From positions 14,526-78,525 of the forward strand of contig CBDUYM010000013.1 in assembly GCA_965371465.1 (NCBI GenBank): a stretch of DNA of 64,000 nucleotides, read 5' to 3'. This DNA comes from an uncultured Alphaproteobacteria bacterium (GTDB lineage Bacteria > Pseudomonadota > Alphaproteobacteria > CBDUYM01). Under the pieces are notes generated by a model that searched no databases, was not told the DNA's origin, and was given only the letters and a program-made list of their open reading frames with translations. Within the stretch, counting starts at the first letter, position 1. Each line of letters begins with the position of its first letter. Shown one piece after another: positions 1-9,017 of the stretch. Position numbers and translations under genes: made by a program.

Positions 1-1
1 G

Positions 2-295
2 CCTGCGCGGCCCTGGATTGGCATTTCAACCGCGGATTCTGAAAGCAAGCTGATCATCGCGCGTGTCAACAAGGACGGCCCGGCTGCTGAAGCCGGCCTC
101 AAGGTGGGCGATGCTATTTTGGAAGTGTCGGGAGATCATGTCGCGGATCTGCCCAGCATGTACCGCTCAATCTGGGGTCTGGGCAGCGCCGGCGTTGACG
201 TACCGTTCCGCATCATGCGCGACGAAACCATCCATGACATCACTGTTCATTCAGTGGAGCGCAGGCAACGCATCAAGCCAACAACGCTCCACTAG
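2..295 (+). CDS. 3' end of a PDZ-domain protease gene (DegP/S1C-like); the 5' part lies outside the window
   Basis: The frame is open from the window edge to TAG 293-295. The translation ...SKLIIARVNKDGPAAEAGLKVGDAILEVSGDHVADLPSMYRSIW... looks like a PDZ domain of the kind found at the C-terminus of periplasmic serine proteases. Only the PDZ part is visible, so the protease assignment is inferred. Confidence 0.55.
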   Translation, partial: PARPWIGISTADSESKLIIARVNKDGPAAEAGLKVGDAILEVSGDHVADLPSMYRSIWGLGSAGVDVPFRIMRDETIHDITVHSVERRQRIKPTTLH

Positions 296-300
296 CATGT

Positions 301-1476
301 TCAGTTTGTAAGACCGTAAAGCCGGTTCAGATCAGCATATCTGTCGGGGTCAAGCTCTTTGCCCGCAAGAGCTGGATGGTCAGGGCCGTATCGGTGAGCG
401 CGAAACAGCCTTGTCGCGGCACCGCCGCCCTGCTTTGCTGTAAAGGGGCTGATCCACTCCCAGACCACTTCGTGCGCGCGCGTGACCTCAAAGACGCGAC
501 CGGACGAGCCTTCGCAGACCAGAACATTGTTGTTTGGCAACCGATCAGCACCGGAAATGAAACTGGAGTAAAATTGGTCGGCTGGATCGCCGCGCAAGGT
601 CCAGACCTCTTTCGATGTTTTCGGGTCCAGCTCGACGACGCGCGAGCCTCCGAAGCGGCCATGGGCGCCATTATCAAAGACCTGAACGTTTCCGTTTCTC
701 AGAAAACTGGCATGATGCTGATGTGAAAGATCAGGGGCTCCAAATTTCCAGGTAATCTTTTCAGTCTCATGGCTTATGATGCCGATGATACTGTTGTGTC
801 GGCATGAAAACAGAATGTCGCCATCGTCATTCACGGCAATGCTGTTCGTATGGGTCCATTCGCCCCGGCCCTCCAGAGGGCAGATGGCATCCTTGCGAGG
901 ATCCAGCAGCTGCCAGTGGTGAATGCGGCGAACCTCACTCCCTTTACTGTCCACTTCGACAAAGTCGTCAGCGCACATTTTCAGCCGTGGCTTCTTGCGG
1001 TCGCTACGTCCGCCACGAACCTGGCGTTCCACATCTTCAGGAAGATCAACGTTCACTGGGTAGAGGGTGTTGCCGTTCGGCAGCCGCGCAAAGTCGTGGT
1101 GACCGCACGGGTCATCATGGCGCCAGACGCTTTTCCCCTCCCAGTCGATTTCACAAAGAGAGTCCCAATGTCCGCCAAACCGTTTTGAGCGTTCCTCAAT
1201 CGGGGCGACACGGAGCTCCTCAGGCGTCAACGGCTTGGGTGGCTGATCCGGTGGTGTAGTATCTGCGGTAAGCAGGAGATTTCCATTTTGCAGCAAACGA
1301 CCGTATCCAGGCTGAATGTCGTCATCTTCCAATGTCCAGCGATGGACGATCCGGCCCTGCATATCCAGCAAGAACGCAGCGCCGACACCAAAGGGACATA
1401 CCAGGGTGTACCCTTTGAACGCTTTGCCGGACTGAACATATGTGAGGCCGGTTTTGCGAAACTGTGACCATCCCAT
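301..1476 (-). CDS. arylsulfotransferase (ASST)-like beta-propeller family protein
   Basis: 391-aa ORF lying 14 nt downstream of the DsbD-like gene on the same strand. Repeated NGN/DNG turn motifs (LQNGNLLL, LPNGNTLY, THTNSIAV, VFDNGAHG, LPNNNVLV) recall the ASST family. No N-terminal signal peptide is visible. Confidence 0.5.
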   Translation of the reverse strand: MGWSQFRKTGLTYVQSGKAFKGYTLVCPFGVGAAFLLDMQGRIVHRWTLEDDDIQPGYGRLLQNGNLLLTADTTPPDQPPKPLTPEELRVAPIEERSKRFGGHWDSLCEIDWEGKSVWRHDDPCGHHDFARLPNGNTLYPVNVDLPEDVERQVRGGRSDRKKPRLKMCADDFVEVDSKGSEVRRIHHWQLLDPRKDAICPLEGRGEWTHTNSIAVNDDGDILFSCRHNSIIGIISHETEKITWKFGAPDLSHQHHASFLRNGNVQVFDNGAHGRFGGSRVVELDPKTSKEVWTLRGDPADQFYSSFISGADRLPNNNVLVCEGSSGRVFEVTRAHEVVWEWISPFTAKQGGGAATRLFRAHRYGPDHPALAGKELDPDRYADLNRLYGLTN

Positions 1477-1490
1477 AGCAATTTCCCTGT

Positions 1491-3647
1491 TTAGTTTTTC
1501 GTTGTTTTTTGAATGCGGTCGATCAGTATGCCTTCGGTCAGAAGCTGAGGCAAGATTTCACCATCAGCGCCGTCCGCACCGAAGAGGATATAGAGAGGCA
1601 CGCCGCTGCGGCCATAATTTCGCAGCGCGCGTGTAATATTGTCATCCCGCAAGGTCCAGTCAGCCTTCATATAGGTGATCCCATAGGTCTCAAATGCCTT
1701 GACGACTTCATCCGATGAAAACGCTATCTGTTCATTCAAAAGGCAGGTGATGCACCATCCGGCGGTGAAATTCAGGAATACAGGTTTACCTTCAGCGCGA
1801 AGCTCATTAAGGGCTTCCTCGGACCACGGAACGGAAGGAATGGGCGAGACGAATTGACTGCCAGCGAGGCCGTTTCCCGTCCTGGTCCCATCCCGAAAGC
1901 TGTCGTCCCAGACCACGGCCAGGGCAACGGCAGCGAAGACCGCCGCCGTGACAGCCATCGTCATGCGACGGGATTGAGAGTTCTGCCGCCGCTCGAGGAG
2001 CCAGGCCGCCAATGCAATGAAGACCAGTCCGCTGAGCGCCATGATCAATGCCCTGATGTTGGTCTGCAGCGTCAGGAACCAGAACAGCCAGGCCACGGTC
2101 GCCAGCATCGGGATTGCCAGCAGTTGTTTCAGGCGTTCCATCCATGGGCCGGGCTTGGGCAGGCGGGACAAAAGAGCAGGCCAGAACGCCAGAGCCATGT
2201 AGGGCAGGGCCATGCCAAATCCCAGCGACGCAAAGATCAACAATGAAATATAGGTTGGTGCGAACAAAGCGAAACCCATGGCGGCCACCATAAATGGGGC
2301 GGTGCATGGGCTCGCAACCACAACGGCCAGGAAACCGGTCAACATCGAACCGCGCGTTCCCCGGGGCGCCCTGTCGGCCCCTTGCGGCACCGAAAAACCA
2401 AGGCCGAAGTCAAATACGCCGATTAACGAAAGGGCGACGGCAAACATGATGTAGCCAAGAATCAGAACGAAGACCGGTGACTGAAGCTGAAAGCCCCAGC
2501 CCACAGCTTCACCGATACTGCGCAGGCCCAGGAAAAGCCCGCCAATAGTGAGAAATCCCACAACCACGCTGGCACCGTACACAAGGCCCTGCTTTCGCAT
2601 TTCATGGGGCTCGCCTGACGCCTCCCGGACCAGCGTCAGTATCTTGATAGAAAGAACCGGGAAAACGCAGGGCCATGCGTTCAGGATGATCCCGCCAATC
2701 ATTGCAAAAAGAAGAGCTTCCAGCACTGAGATCGTCGGGAAGAGGTTCAGTATCGGCGAAACGTCCGGGATCTCAGAAGTTACATATATCGGCTGAATTA
2801 CTGTGCCGGTGGTCAGCTCTTCTTCGATAACAAGAACACCATCCAGGGAATTTTCCTCCTCAAACAGCCTGGCCGCGGCATGGCCGATCTCCGTTTCAAG
2901 ATAAACCGCACCGTCCTGGTATCGAAAACGCTGTTCCGCTGCGTTCCTGATCCAGCCATCGACCACAGGGAAATACCTGATGTCGCGAAAAAGCTCACCT
3001 TCGACGCCAGGCATTTCCATCTTGAAAATGAAACGATCTGCCTGCCGCCAGGCCTCTGATCCCCAAAGCGAACGTTTCGGGTGCTTCAGGCGGGCCTCTT
3101 CGAACTGGGCGCTTCGGAAGTTTGCAATGTCGACGGCCTCATCCTGTGACGAAATGCCGATCTCAAGATCAAGATACGCGTCTTCCGGCACACATTGAAT
3201 TTCACAGACCAGCATCGCCACATGCACGGACAGCGTCAGGCTTTCGACCGCCGGATCAATTGCGCTGAAACGGAGTGGCACCAACAGCCAGACGTCATCG
3301 GTCATGCCGTAGTTGACCAGATGGCCATAGGAAATCCGCTTCGGAAAGGGCCACGAAATCTCGCCAGCTTCAACATTGTCCGGCAATGTCCAGGAAAGCT
3401 CCACAGCCCCGCCGGAATCCCCTGAATTCAGCCAATAGGTATGCCAGCCTTCATCCAGAATAATACGAACGGCGAACCAGCTCTCGCCGTCCCGTGGCGC
3501 AATTTGTGCTTCGCTGATCAGCGATACCTGCGTGTGCTCTGTTGACGCCTGGCTGGCTGCCTTGGCACTTCCACTGATTGAGCCGGCCAAAAACACGGCC
3601 AGAATCACAGCTCCTTGCCGCAACAAAGTCAAAAGCGTCCCGCTCAT
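1491..3647 (-). CDS. DsbD/ScsB-family protein-disulfide reductase (periplasmic N-domain, membrane core, C-terminal thioredoxin domain)
   Basis: 718 aa. It has a signal-like N-terminus (MSGTLLTLLRQGAVILAVFLAGSISGSAKA). The hydrophobic multi-helix core carries the two cysteine motifs typical of DsbD/CcdA cores (NAWPCVFPVL and ASPCTAPFM). The C-terminal thioredoxin fold has a WCITC active site. Confidence 0.85.
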   Translation of the reverse strand: MSGTLLTLLRQGAVILAVFLAGSISGSAKAASQASTEHTQVSLISEAQIAPRDGESWFAVRIILDEGWHTYWLNSGDSGGAVELSWTLPDNVEAGEISWPFPKRISYGHLVNYGMTDDVWLLVPLRFSAIDPAVESLTLSVHVAMLVCEIQCVPEDAYLDLEIGISSQDEAVDIANFRSAQFEEARLKHPKRSLWGSEAWRQADRFIFKMEMPGVEGELFRDIRYFPVVDGWIRNAAEQRFRYQDGAVYLETEIGHAAARLFEEENSLDGVLVIEEELTTGTVIQPIYVTSEIPDVSPILNLFPTISVLEALLFAMIGGIILNAWPCVFPVLSIKILTLVREASGEPHEMRKQGLVYGASVVVGFLTIGGLFLGLRSIGEAVGWGFQLQSPVFVLILGYIMFAVALSLIGVFDFGLGFSVPQGADRAPRGTRGSMLTGFLAVVVASPCTAPFMVAAMGFALFAPTYISLLIFASLGFGMALPYMALAFWPALLSRLPKPGPWMERLKQLLAIPMLATVAWLFWFLTLQTNIRALIMALSGLVFIALAAWLLERRQNSQSRRMTMAVTAAVFAAVALAVVWDDSFRDGTRTGNGLAGSQFVSPIPSVPWSEEALNELRAEGKPVFLNFTAGWCITCLLNEQIAFSSDEVVKAFETYGITYMKADWTLRDDNITRALRNYGRSGVPLYILFGADGADGEILPQLLTEGILIDRIQKTTKN

Positions 3648-3712
3648 GATCGGGCGCTTCGGAAAGTCGACGTATCAGTTGTTATCAGACGCATCAGGCA
3701 TTCTAGCGGCCC

Positions 3713-4615
3713 TCAGCCGCCAGCGAAACTCTGAAGCGCCGCCCGCGCCACTTGGTCGCCATGCTCTTGCACGAAATGGCCAGCTTCGGGCAGTACCATG
3801 GGTTTCGGGCAGCCCGGAATGTCGTCGTGCAGCGCCATCATGAGCGGGGTCCCCAGCACTTGGTCCTTTTCCCCGATGGCCATGAAACTTCGACCTTTCC
3901 AGTTGTCCCGGAACCACTGGCGTGCGGCCCTGGAGATGTCGGCGCCTTCCATATCTTCGCTCACCGGTACGATTTCCGGGAACCGGCGCACACCGGCCTT
4001 GTACGTAATATCCGGGAATGGGGCGTCATAGGCCGCAACCTCCCGATCAGTCAGGTTGTTCTCTCTGGAGCGCTGCATCAGCTGACCCACGTCGAGGTCA
4101 GGCGCGGACGCGGCAAAGGCTTTCCAGTTGGCAAAGCCCTCACTCGGCACACCCTCGCCCACGCCAAAAATCGTGTTCATCAGGATCAGTCGGTCAAACC
4201 GCTCCGGCATTTCCATTGGCAGCGTCAGACCGATCAGGCCGCCCCAATCCTGGCACACCAGAGTAATGTGCTGAAGATCAAGCTTGCCGATCAGCGAAAG
4301 GATGCTGTTGCGATGAAAAATGAAGCCGTAATCTTCATCTGCTACGGGTTTATCCGACCGGCCGAAACCGTAGAAATCCGGTGCCACCGAACGGGCGCCT
4401 GCGGCCGAAAACACAGGGATCATTTTTCGGTAAAGAAAGCTCCAGGTCGGTTCCCCATGCAGGCATAGAAAAACTTCATCAGCCTCCGCCGGACCTTCGT
4501 CCACATAATGCATGCGAAGATCGGTGTAACCAGGCAAATCGCTGATGTAGTTCGGCATGTAAGGGAAGTCCGGAAGATCCTGAAATCGATCATCGCTGGT
4601 TCTTATGGCATCCAC
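3713..4615 (-). CDS. dhlA: haloalkane dehalogenase, HLD-I (DhlA-like)
   Basis: 300 aa, nearly colinear with Xanthobacter DhlA as I remember it (RMHYVDEGPAEADEVFLCLHGEPTWSFLYRKMIPVF). The key residues are present: nucleophile elbow VCQDWGG, cap-domain Trp in FANWKAF and catalytic His in GHFVQE. Confidence 0.9.
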   Translation of the reverse strand: MDAIRTSDDRFQDLPDFPYMPNYISDLPGYTDLRMHYVDEGPAEADEVFLCLHGEPTWSFLYRKMIPVFSAAGARSVAPDFYGFGRSDKPVADEDYGFIFHRNSILSLIGKLDLQHITLVCQDWGGLIGLTLPMEMPERFDRLILMNTIFGVGEGVPSEGFANWKAFAASAPDLDVGQLMQRSRENNLTDREVAAYDAPFPDITYKAGVRRFPEIVPVSEDMEGADISRAARQWFRDNWKGRSFMAIGEKDQVLGTPLMMALHDDIPGCPKPMVLPEAGHFVQEHGDQVARAALQSFAGG

Positions 4616-4730
4616 ATCATTCTCCTTACAGGCGATTCTGGCACTCTACTGCCTCAGCCAATTGCTGCAAAGCGATGCTTGCACCGATCCCTTAGGATTG
4701 GCATGGTGCATCCCTGTTCGGGAGCTAAAA

Positions 4731-5681
4731 ATGAAGCGTATCTGGCCTGCCATCTGCCCACTTCTGCTGTCCCTGTGCCTGGGCCTGGGCTTTGGTCTGA
4801 GCGCTCTGGCAGAAAGTCAGGACGCAAATGGCATTCTCGTCTTTCAATCAGACTTCGGTCTCAGCGATGGCGCTGTTTCTGCCATGCATGGCGTCGCCTA
4901 CGAGGTTGATGCCGACCTGATTGTCGATGACATCACGCACGATGTGCCACCGTTCAATGTCTGGGAAGGCGCTTACCGTTTGTGGCAGGCGGCACCCTAT
5001 TGGCCAGCGGGAACGGTCTTTGTCTCAGTTGTCGACCCGGGCGTTGGCACCGAACGAAAGTCAGTCGTCATGAAGAGCGCTTCCGGCCACTACTTCGTGA
5101 CACCGGACAATGGCACGCTGACATTCGTCGCGCACCATCTCGGCGTGTTGGCAATGCGCGAGATTGATGAAACCATGCATCGACGCCGGGGTTCCGAAGC
5201 GTCGCACACGTTCCATGGCCGCGATGTTTACGCGCTCACCGGCGCCCGGCTTGCGGCGGGTATCACGAGTTTCGACCAGGTCGGCCCCGAACTTGAGCGG
5301 GACCCACTCATCTTCCCGTTCCAGCAGGCCTCTCTGACAGGTCAGGCCATTGTCGGGAATATCCCCATTCTTGACGTCCGATACGGCAATGTCTGGACAA
5401 ATATCGAAGAACAACTTCTTTCAGCCGCCGGGATTGCCATGGGGGACACTGTCGCTGTCGGCATTTCAAAGGACGGTGAAGCCAGACTTTCGGCTGCAAT
5501 GCCCTTTGTCGCTACTTTCGGCGATGTACCTGTTGGCGAGCTTCTCCTTTATATCAACAGCCTTGGGAACGTGGCGCTCGGCCTCAACATGGCCGATTTT
5601 GCTGCTACTTTCGATATCGCATCTGGTGCCGCCTGGACAGTCACAATTGAAAAGGCCGATACGCTTGAACAAGGTCCCTGA
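4731..5681 (+). CDS. SAM hydrolase / SAM hydroxide adenosyltransferase family (DUF62, PF01887-like) with an N-terminal Sec signal peptide
   Basis: ATG 4731 has GGGAG 6 nt upstream. The product starts MKRIWPAICPLLLSLCLGLGFGLSALA/ESQ. Family motifs are present: FQSDFGLSDGAVSAMHGV, VVDPGVGTERK, YFVTPDNGTL, TFHGRD and GNVWTNI. The ORF-track start at 4605 lacks an RBS and would add a non-conserved-looking leader. Confidence 0.8.
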   Translation: MKRIWPAICPLLLSLCLGLGFGLSALAESQDANGILVFQSDFGLSDGAVSAMHGVAYEVDADLIVDDITHDVPPFNVWEGAYRLWQAAPYWPAGTVFVSVVDPGVGTERKSVVMKSASGHYFVTPDNGTLTFVAHHLGVLAMREIDETMHRRRGSEASHTFHGRDVYALTGARLAAGITSFDQVGPELERDPLIFPFQQASLTGQAIVGNIPILDVRYGNVWTNIEEQLLSAAGIAMGDTVAVGISKDGEARLSAAMPFVATFGDVPVGELLLYINSLGNVALGLNMADFAATFDIASGAAWTVTIEKADTLEQGP

Positions 5682-5735
5682 TCCCGTGTAGCCTCTCTCG
5701 GAAACAAGGAAAAATAAGATTTGGGGGACCCTAAA

Positions 5736-6149
5736 ATGATCAGAGCAATTTCCGCGAACACCGTCGCCGCAATTCTTGTGGCAGTGTTCCTCTTCGCCAA
5801 CCCGACCTCGACAATTGCAAATCATCATGAAGTAACAGGAATTGTCACAGGCACGTCACCCGATTTCGGCAACGTCTGGACAGATATCAAGACAACAGAT
5901 TTTGATGCTCTGGGAGTCGCTCTTGATGCCAACGTCAGTGTCGTCATTATGCATGGCGACGAAGTTGCCTTTGACCAGGCGCTTCCCCTGGTGGCCCAAT
6001 ATTCCGATGTCGAGCGGGGTGAACCTCTGATTATCCACGACGACGACTACATGACCATCGCCATCAGTTTCGGAAACTTCACCGAGACGCACGCCATCGG
6101 TGCCGGCGATGACTGGACGGTCACTGTTACACCGATCCCTTCGGACTGA
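5736..6149 (+). CDS. stand-alone homologue of the DUF62 C-terminal domain with a hydrophobic N-terminus (signal or anchor)
   Basis: 137 aa from ATG 5736. The N-terminus is MIRAISANTVAAILVAVFLFANPTSTIA. The rest aligns by eye with the C-terminal third of the upstream protein: GNVWTDI vs GNVWTNI, YSDVERGEPLI vs FGDVPVGELLL, DDWTVTVT vs AAWTVTIE. Confidence 0.65.
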   Translation: MIRAISANTVAAILVAVFLFANPTSTIANHHEVTGIVTGTSPDFGNVWTDIKTTDFDALGVALDANVSVVIMHGDEVAFDQALPLVAQYSDVERGEPLIIHDDDYMTIAISFGNFTETHAIGAGDDWTVTVTPIPSD

Positions 6150-6174
6150 AATTCAACGCAGCAGGAAGTTCGCC

Positions 6175-9012
6175 ATGATCTTCAGATCAATTGCGGGCAG
6201 CGTTGCACTTTGCATTTTGCTGCTGGGTACCGCCGACGTTTCTGGACAGGAGCTGGGTGGCCTGGCACTTGACCAGACCGCCACTGACGCCATTCATGCG
6301 GCGACGACCGAAGAACGGTTTTTGACACCGTGGGTGGAGAGCCTTCCCGAGCATCCCGATGTGCCAAGCCCACGTGATGTCCTCGGCTACACCATTGGGA
6401 CGCCCGGCGAGCTGACACAGGTTGAAGAAATCTATGGCTATTACGACGCGCTGGCTGCAGCGTCACCCAATGTCGCGATCTTCTCCATGGGCCAGACTCA
6501 GGAAGGCCGTGAGATGCGCATCGTTGCCATCGCCGACGCTGAGACAATCGAAGACATCGAAGTGTATAAAGGGTACCTGCGGGATCTCGCGGACCCGCGC
6601 GTGACAGGACGGGTCGCCGCAGAAGCCATCATCGAGAAAGCCAAGCCTATTTACTGGCTGACCGGCGGACTTCATTCGCCAGAGCTTGGTCCGCCTGAGA
6701 TGCTGATGGAGCTTGCCTATCGCCTTGCCGTGGAGGAGCGCAATCCCTTCACTGAGATACGGGCCGGGGTCATCACCATGATCACACCGGTAGTGGAAGT
6801 CGACGGTCGGGCTCGTCAGGTTGATTGGTACAGGCGACATGTCAAGGGTTACACCGACTATTACGAACGGCCAAGATCCAGCGTGCCATTCTGGGGCCAC
6901 TACACATATCACGACAACAATCGCGATGGCATCATGATCAGCCAGGCAATGATGCGGAACTATGTTGATACCTTCTTTGACTGGATGCCGACACTCTCGC
7001 TCGATTTGCACGAATCCGTGCCGTTCCTCTATGTCGCTACCGGGACCGGGCCTTACAACAAGCGTGTAAGCCCCATCACTGTTGCCGAATGGGCATCGAT
7101 TGCAAACTACGAGATTAACCGCGCCACGGGCTTCGGCTTGGATGGTGTCTGGACATGGGGCTATTACACAGGCTGGTATCCCGGTTACATGCTGTGGGTC
7201 ACCAATAACCACAATTCCAGTGGTCGTTTCTACGAAACTTTCGGCAACGGCAGCGCGGAGACGATGAAGCGTGATCTCAAGGGGGCGACGATCAGTGGTG
7301 AAGACGTCACCACCCAGCAATGGTACAGATTCGTGCCGCCCGATCGCAAGGTGACCTGGTCCATGCGGAACAATACGAATTACATGCAGACAGGCGTCAT
7401 TGCTTCACTAGAGATGGCCGCAAAGAATTCGGACCTGTTCCTCAGTAACTTCTATCAAAAAGGCGTAAACGCCTTGAAGGCCAGTACAGAGGAAGCTCCC
7501 TACGCCTATGTAGTAAGCGCTGATCAGCGCGACGTCGGCACTGCCAGGACCCTGATTGAGACCTTGTCCCGCCATGGCGTTGAGATGGAACTCTCTGCCG
7601 AAAACAAAAGTTATGGTGACGTCACTGTTGAGCGCGGGGACGTCATCATCAAACTCAACCAGCCTTACGGTCCCCTGGCCAGGAACCTGCTTGAGAAACA
7701 GACCTTTCCGGACGATGTAGAAGTGCCGCCCTATGATGATGTGGGCTGGACGCTGGGCCTTGTACTGGGTGTTGAAGTTGCAGCAATCGACGAAGTTTCT
7801 GTCCTCGATCACGGAACAGCGGAACTGCCTGGCGGCATTTTCAATGTGTCCAGCGTGCCCGCACGGTCCCCGTTCATCGGCATACCGAACCATGGTCAGC
7901 GAAATCTCGGGCCATTGCGATTCGCGCTTGCCGACGTTCCGATGGCTGCCCTTGATGAGGAAGTCGAGGTGCGAGCCGGCATCCTGCCGCGGGGCAGCCT
8001 GATTATTGAAGTTGAAGTCGGCAATCGGGATCGGATAAGAGCGGCTATAGATGCAGCCGGGCTAAAAAGCATTGCTCTGTCCCGCGCGCCGACAGCTGTC
8101 ATCCACGATGTCGATCTTCCGCGCATCGCGCTCTGGCACAGCTGGACCGACACGCAAAACGCAGGCTGGGTCCGCTATACGCTGGACGAAGCAGACGTTC
8201 CCTATGCGCACATCATGAAAGAGCGCGTGCAGGAAGGAGGTCTGCGTGATGACTTCGACGTCCTCATCGTACCGGCGTTCAGAGGTTCAGCGCAGCTGAG
8301 CGCAGTGCTTGCAGGTGTGGATGGTGAATTTGGCGCCCTCGATTACAGAACGACGGAGGACACGCCCAATCTCGGCAAAATGGTGTCCTCCGACGACATT
8401 ACCGGCGGTCTCGGCCTGGCGGGCCTTCAGGAAATCCGGAATTTTGTCGAAACTGGTGGCACGCTGATCACTTTTGGCGCCGGCGGGATCATCGCAACCG
8501 ATGCCGGCATGATGCGACGTGTCGCGACTCAACGACCGGCCGGACTCAATACACCGGGCTCTGTCCTTACCGCCAAGGTCACCGGGCCTGAAAACCCTCT
8601 GGTCTATGGGTACGATGAAGTCACTCACATCTTCCGGACCAATGGCCCGCTCTTTCGAGTGGCGGACCGAAACCGCCACATCGTCGCCCTTCAGTTCGGC
8701 ACCAAGCACTATGATGAAGATGAAAACGCAGATAATGGCGCCGACAAGGATGATGACGAAGACAAATCGAAACCGGTGCCTTTGGTCCAGTCGGGTGGCA
8801 TCATCGGTGGGGCTGAGGCGATCGACGGCTCGCCCGCCCTACTCTACGACACGCTTGGCGACGGGCGGATCGTAATTTTCGCCTGGAACCCCATGCATCG
8901 CCATGAAAATCAACATGACCATGCCTTTGTCTACAACGCCATCCTGCACTGGAACGACTTGCCGGATCCAGATGTCTGGCGTCAAGCAGCTGAAGAGGCT
9001 GAGGACGGCTAG
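6175..9012 (+). CDS. secreted M14-family zinc carboxypeptidase-like protein with a long C-terminal extension
   Basis: ATG 6175 follows an AGGAAG RBS. The signal is MIFRSIAGSVALCILLLGTADVSGQ. An HxxE zinc motif sits in WLTGGLHSPELGPPEMLMELAYRL, and a later HESVPF is present. An acidic tract DEDENADNGADKDDDEDKSKP lies near the C-terminus. The track start 6100 overlaps the upstream gene and has no RBS. Confidence 0.75.
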   Translation: MIFRSIAGSVALCILLLGTADVSGQELGGLALDQTATDAIHAATTEERFLTPWVESLPEHPDVPSPRDVLGYTIGTPGELTQVEEIYGYYDALAAASPNVAIFSMGQTQEGREMRIVAIADAETIEDIEVYKGYLRDLADPRVTGRVAAEAIIEKAKPIYWLTGGLHSPELGPPEMLMELAYRLAVEERNPFTEIRAGVITMITPVVEVDGRARQVDWYRRHVKGYTDYYERPRSSVPFWGHYTYHDNNRDGIMISQAMMRNYVDTFFDWMPTLSLDLHESVPFLYVATGTGPYNKRVSPITVAEWASIANYEINRATGFGLDGVWTWGYYTGWYPGYMLWVTNNHNSSGRFYETFGNGSAETMKRDLKGATISGEDVTTQQWYRFVPPDRKVTWSMRNNTNYMQTGVIASLEMAAKNSDLFLSNFYQKGVNALKASTEEAPYAYVVSADQRDVGTARTLIETLSRHGVEMELSAENKSYGDVTVERGDVIIKLNQPYGPLARNLLEKQTFPDDVEVPPYDDVGWTLGLVLGVEVAAIDEVSVLDHGTAELPGGIFNVSSVPARSPFIGIPNHGQRNLGPLRFALADVPMAALDEEVEVRAGILPRGSLIIEVEVGNRDRIRAAIDAAGLKSIALSRAPTAVIHDVDLPRIALWHSWTDTQNAGWVRYTLDEADVPYAHIMKERVQEGGLRDDFDVLIVPAFRGSAQLSAVLAGVDGEFGALDYRTTEDTPNLGKMVSSDDITGGLGLAGLQEIRNFVETGGTLITFGAGGIIATDAGMMRRVATQRPAGLNTPGSVLTAKVTGPENPLVYGYDEVTHIFRTNGPLFRVADRNRHIVALQFGTKHYDEDENADNGADKDDDEDKSKPVPLVQSGGIIGGAEAIDGSPALLYDTLGDGRIVIFAWNPMHRHENQHDHAFVYNAILHWNDLPDPDVWRQAAEEAEDG

Positions 9013-9017
9013 GGCAG

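Noticed and set aside
4634-4648. Sigma-54-like motif TGGCACTCTACTGCC about 90 nt upstream of the DUF62 gene
   Set aside because: The GG to GC spacing is 9 nt instead of the strictly conserved 10 nt, and no enhancer-binding protein gene is nearby. It is probably a chance match.
4616-4730. Possible SAM riboswitch or NtrC-type site (TGCACC-N19-GGTGCA, 4680-4710) in the leader of the DUF62 gene
   Set aside because: I cannot reconstruct a SAM-II/SAM-V pseudoknot from the sequence. The half-site spacing is far from the NtrC consensus (N5). A cmscan against Rfam would be needed, so I make no claim.
4731-5681. The idea that the DUF62 gene next to the haloalkane dehalogenase is a SAM-dependent halogenase (fluorinase/chlorinase)
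   Set aside because: The protein keeps the VVDPGVGTERK and TFHGRD contexts that I associate with the Asp-Arg-His triad of the hydroxide adenosyltransferase (SAM hydrolase) branch. A hydrolase is therefore the more conservative call. This rests on remembered motifs, not an alignment.
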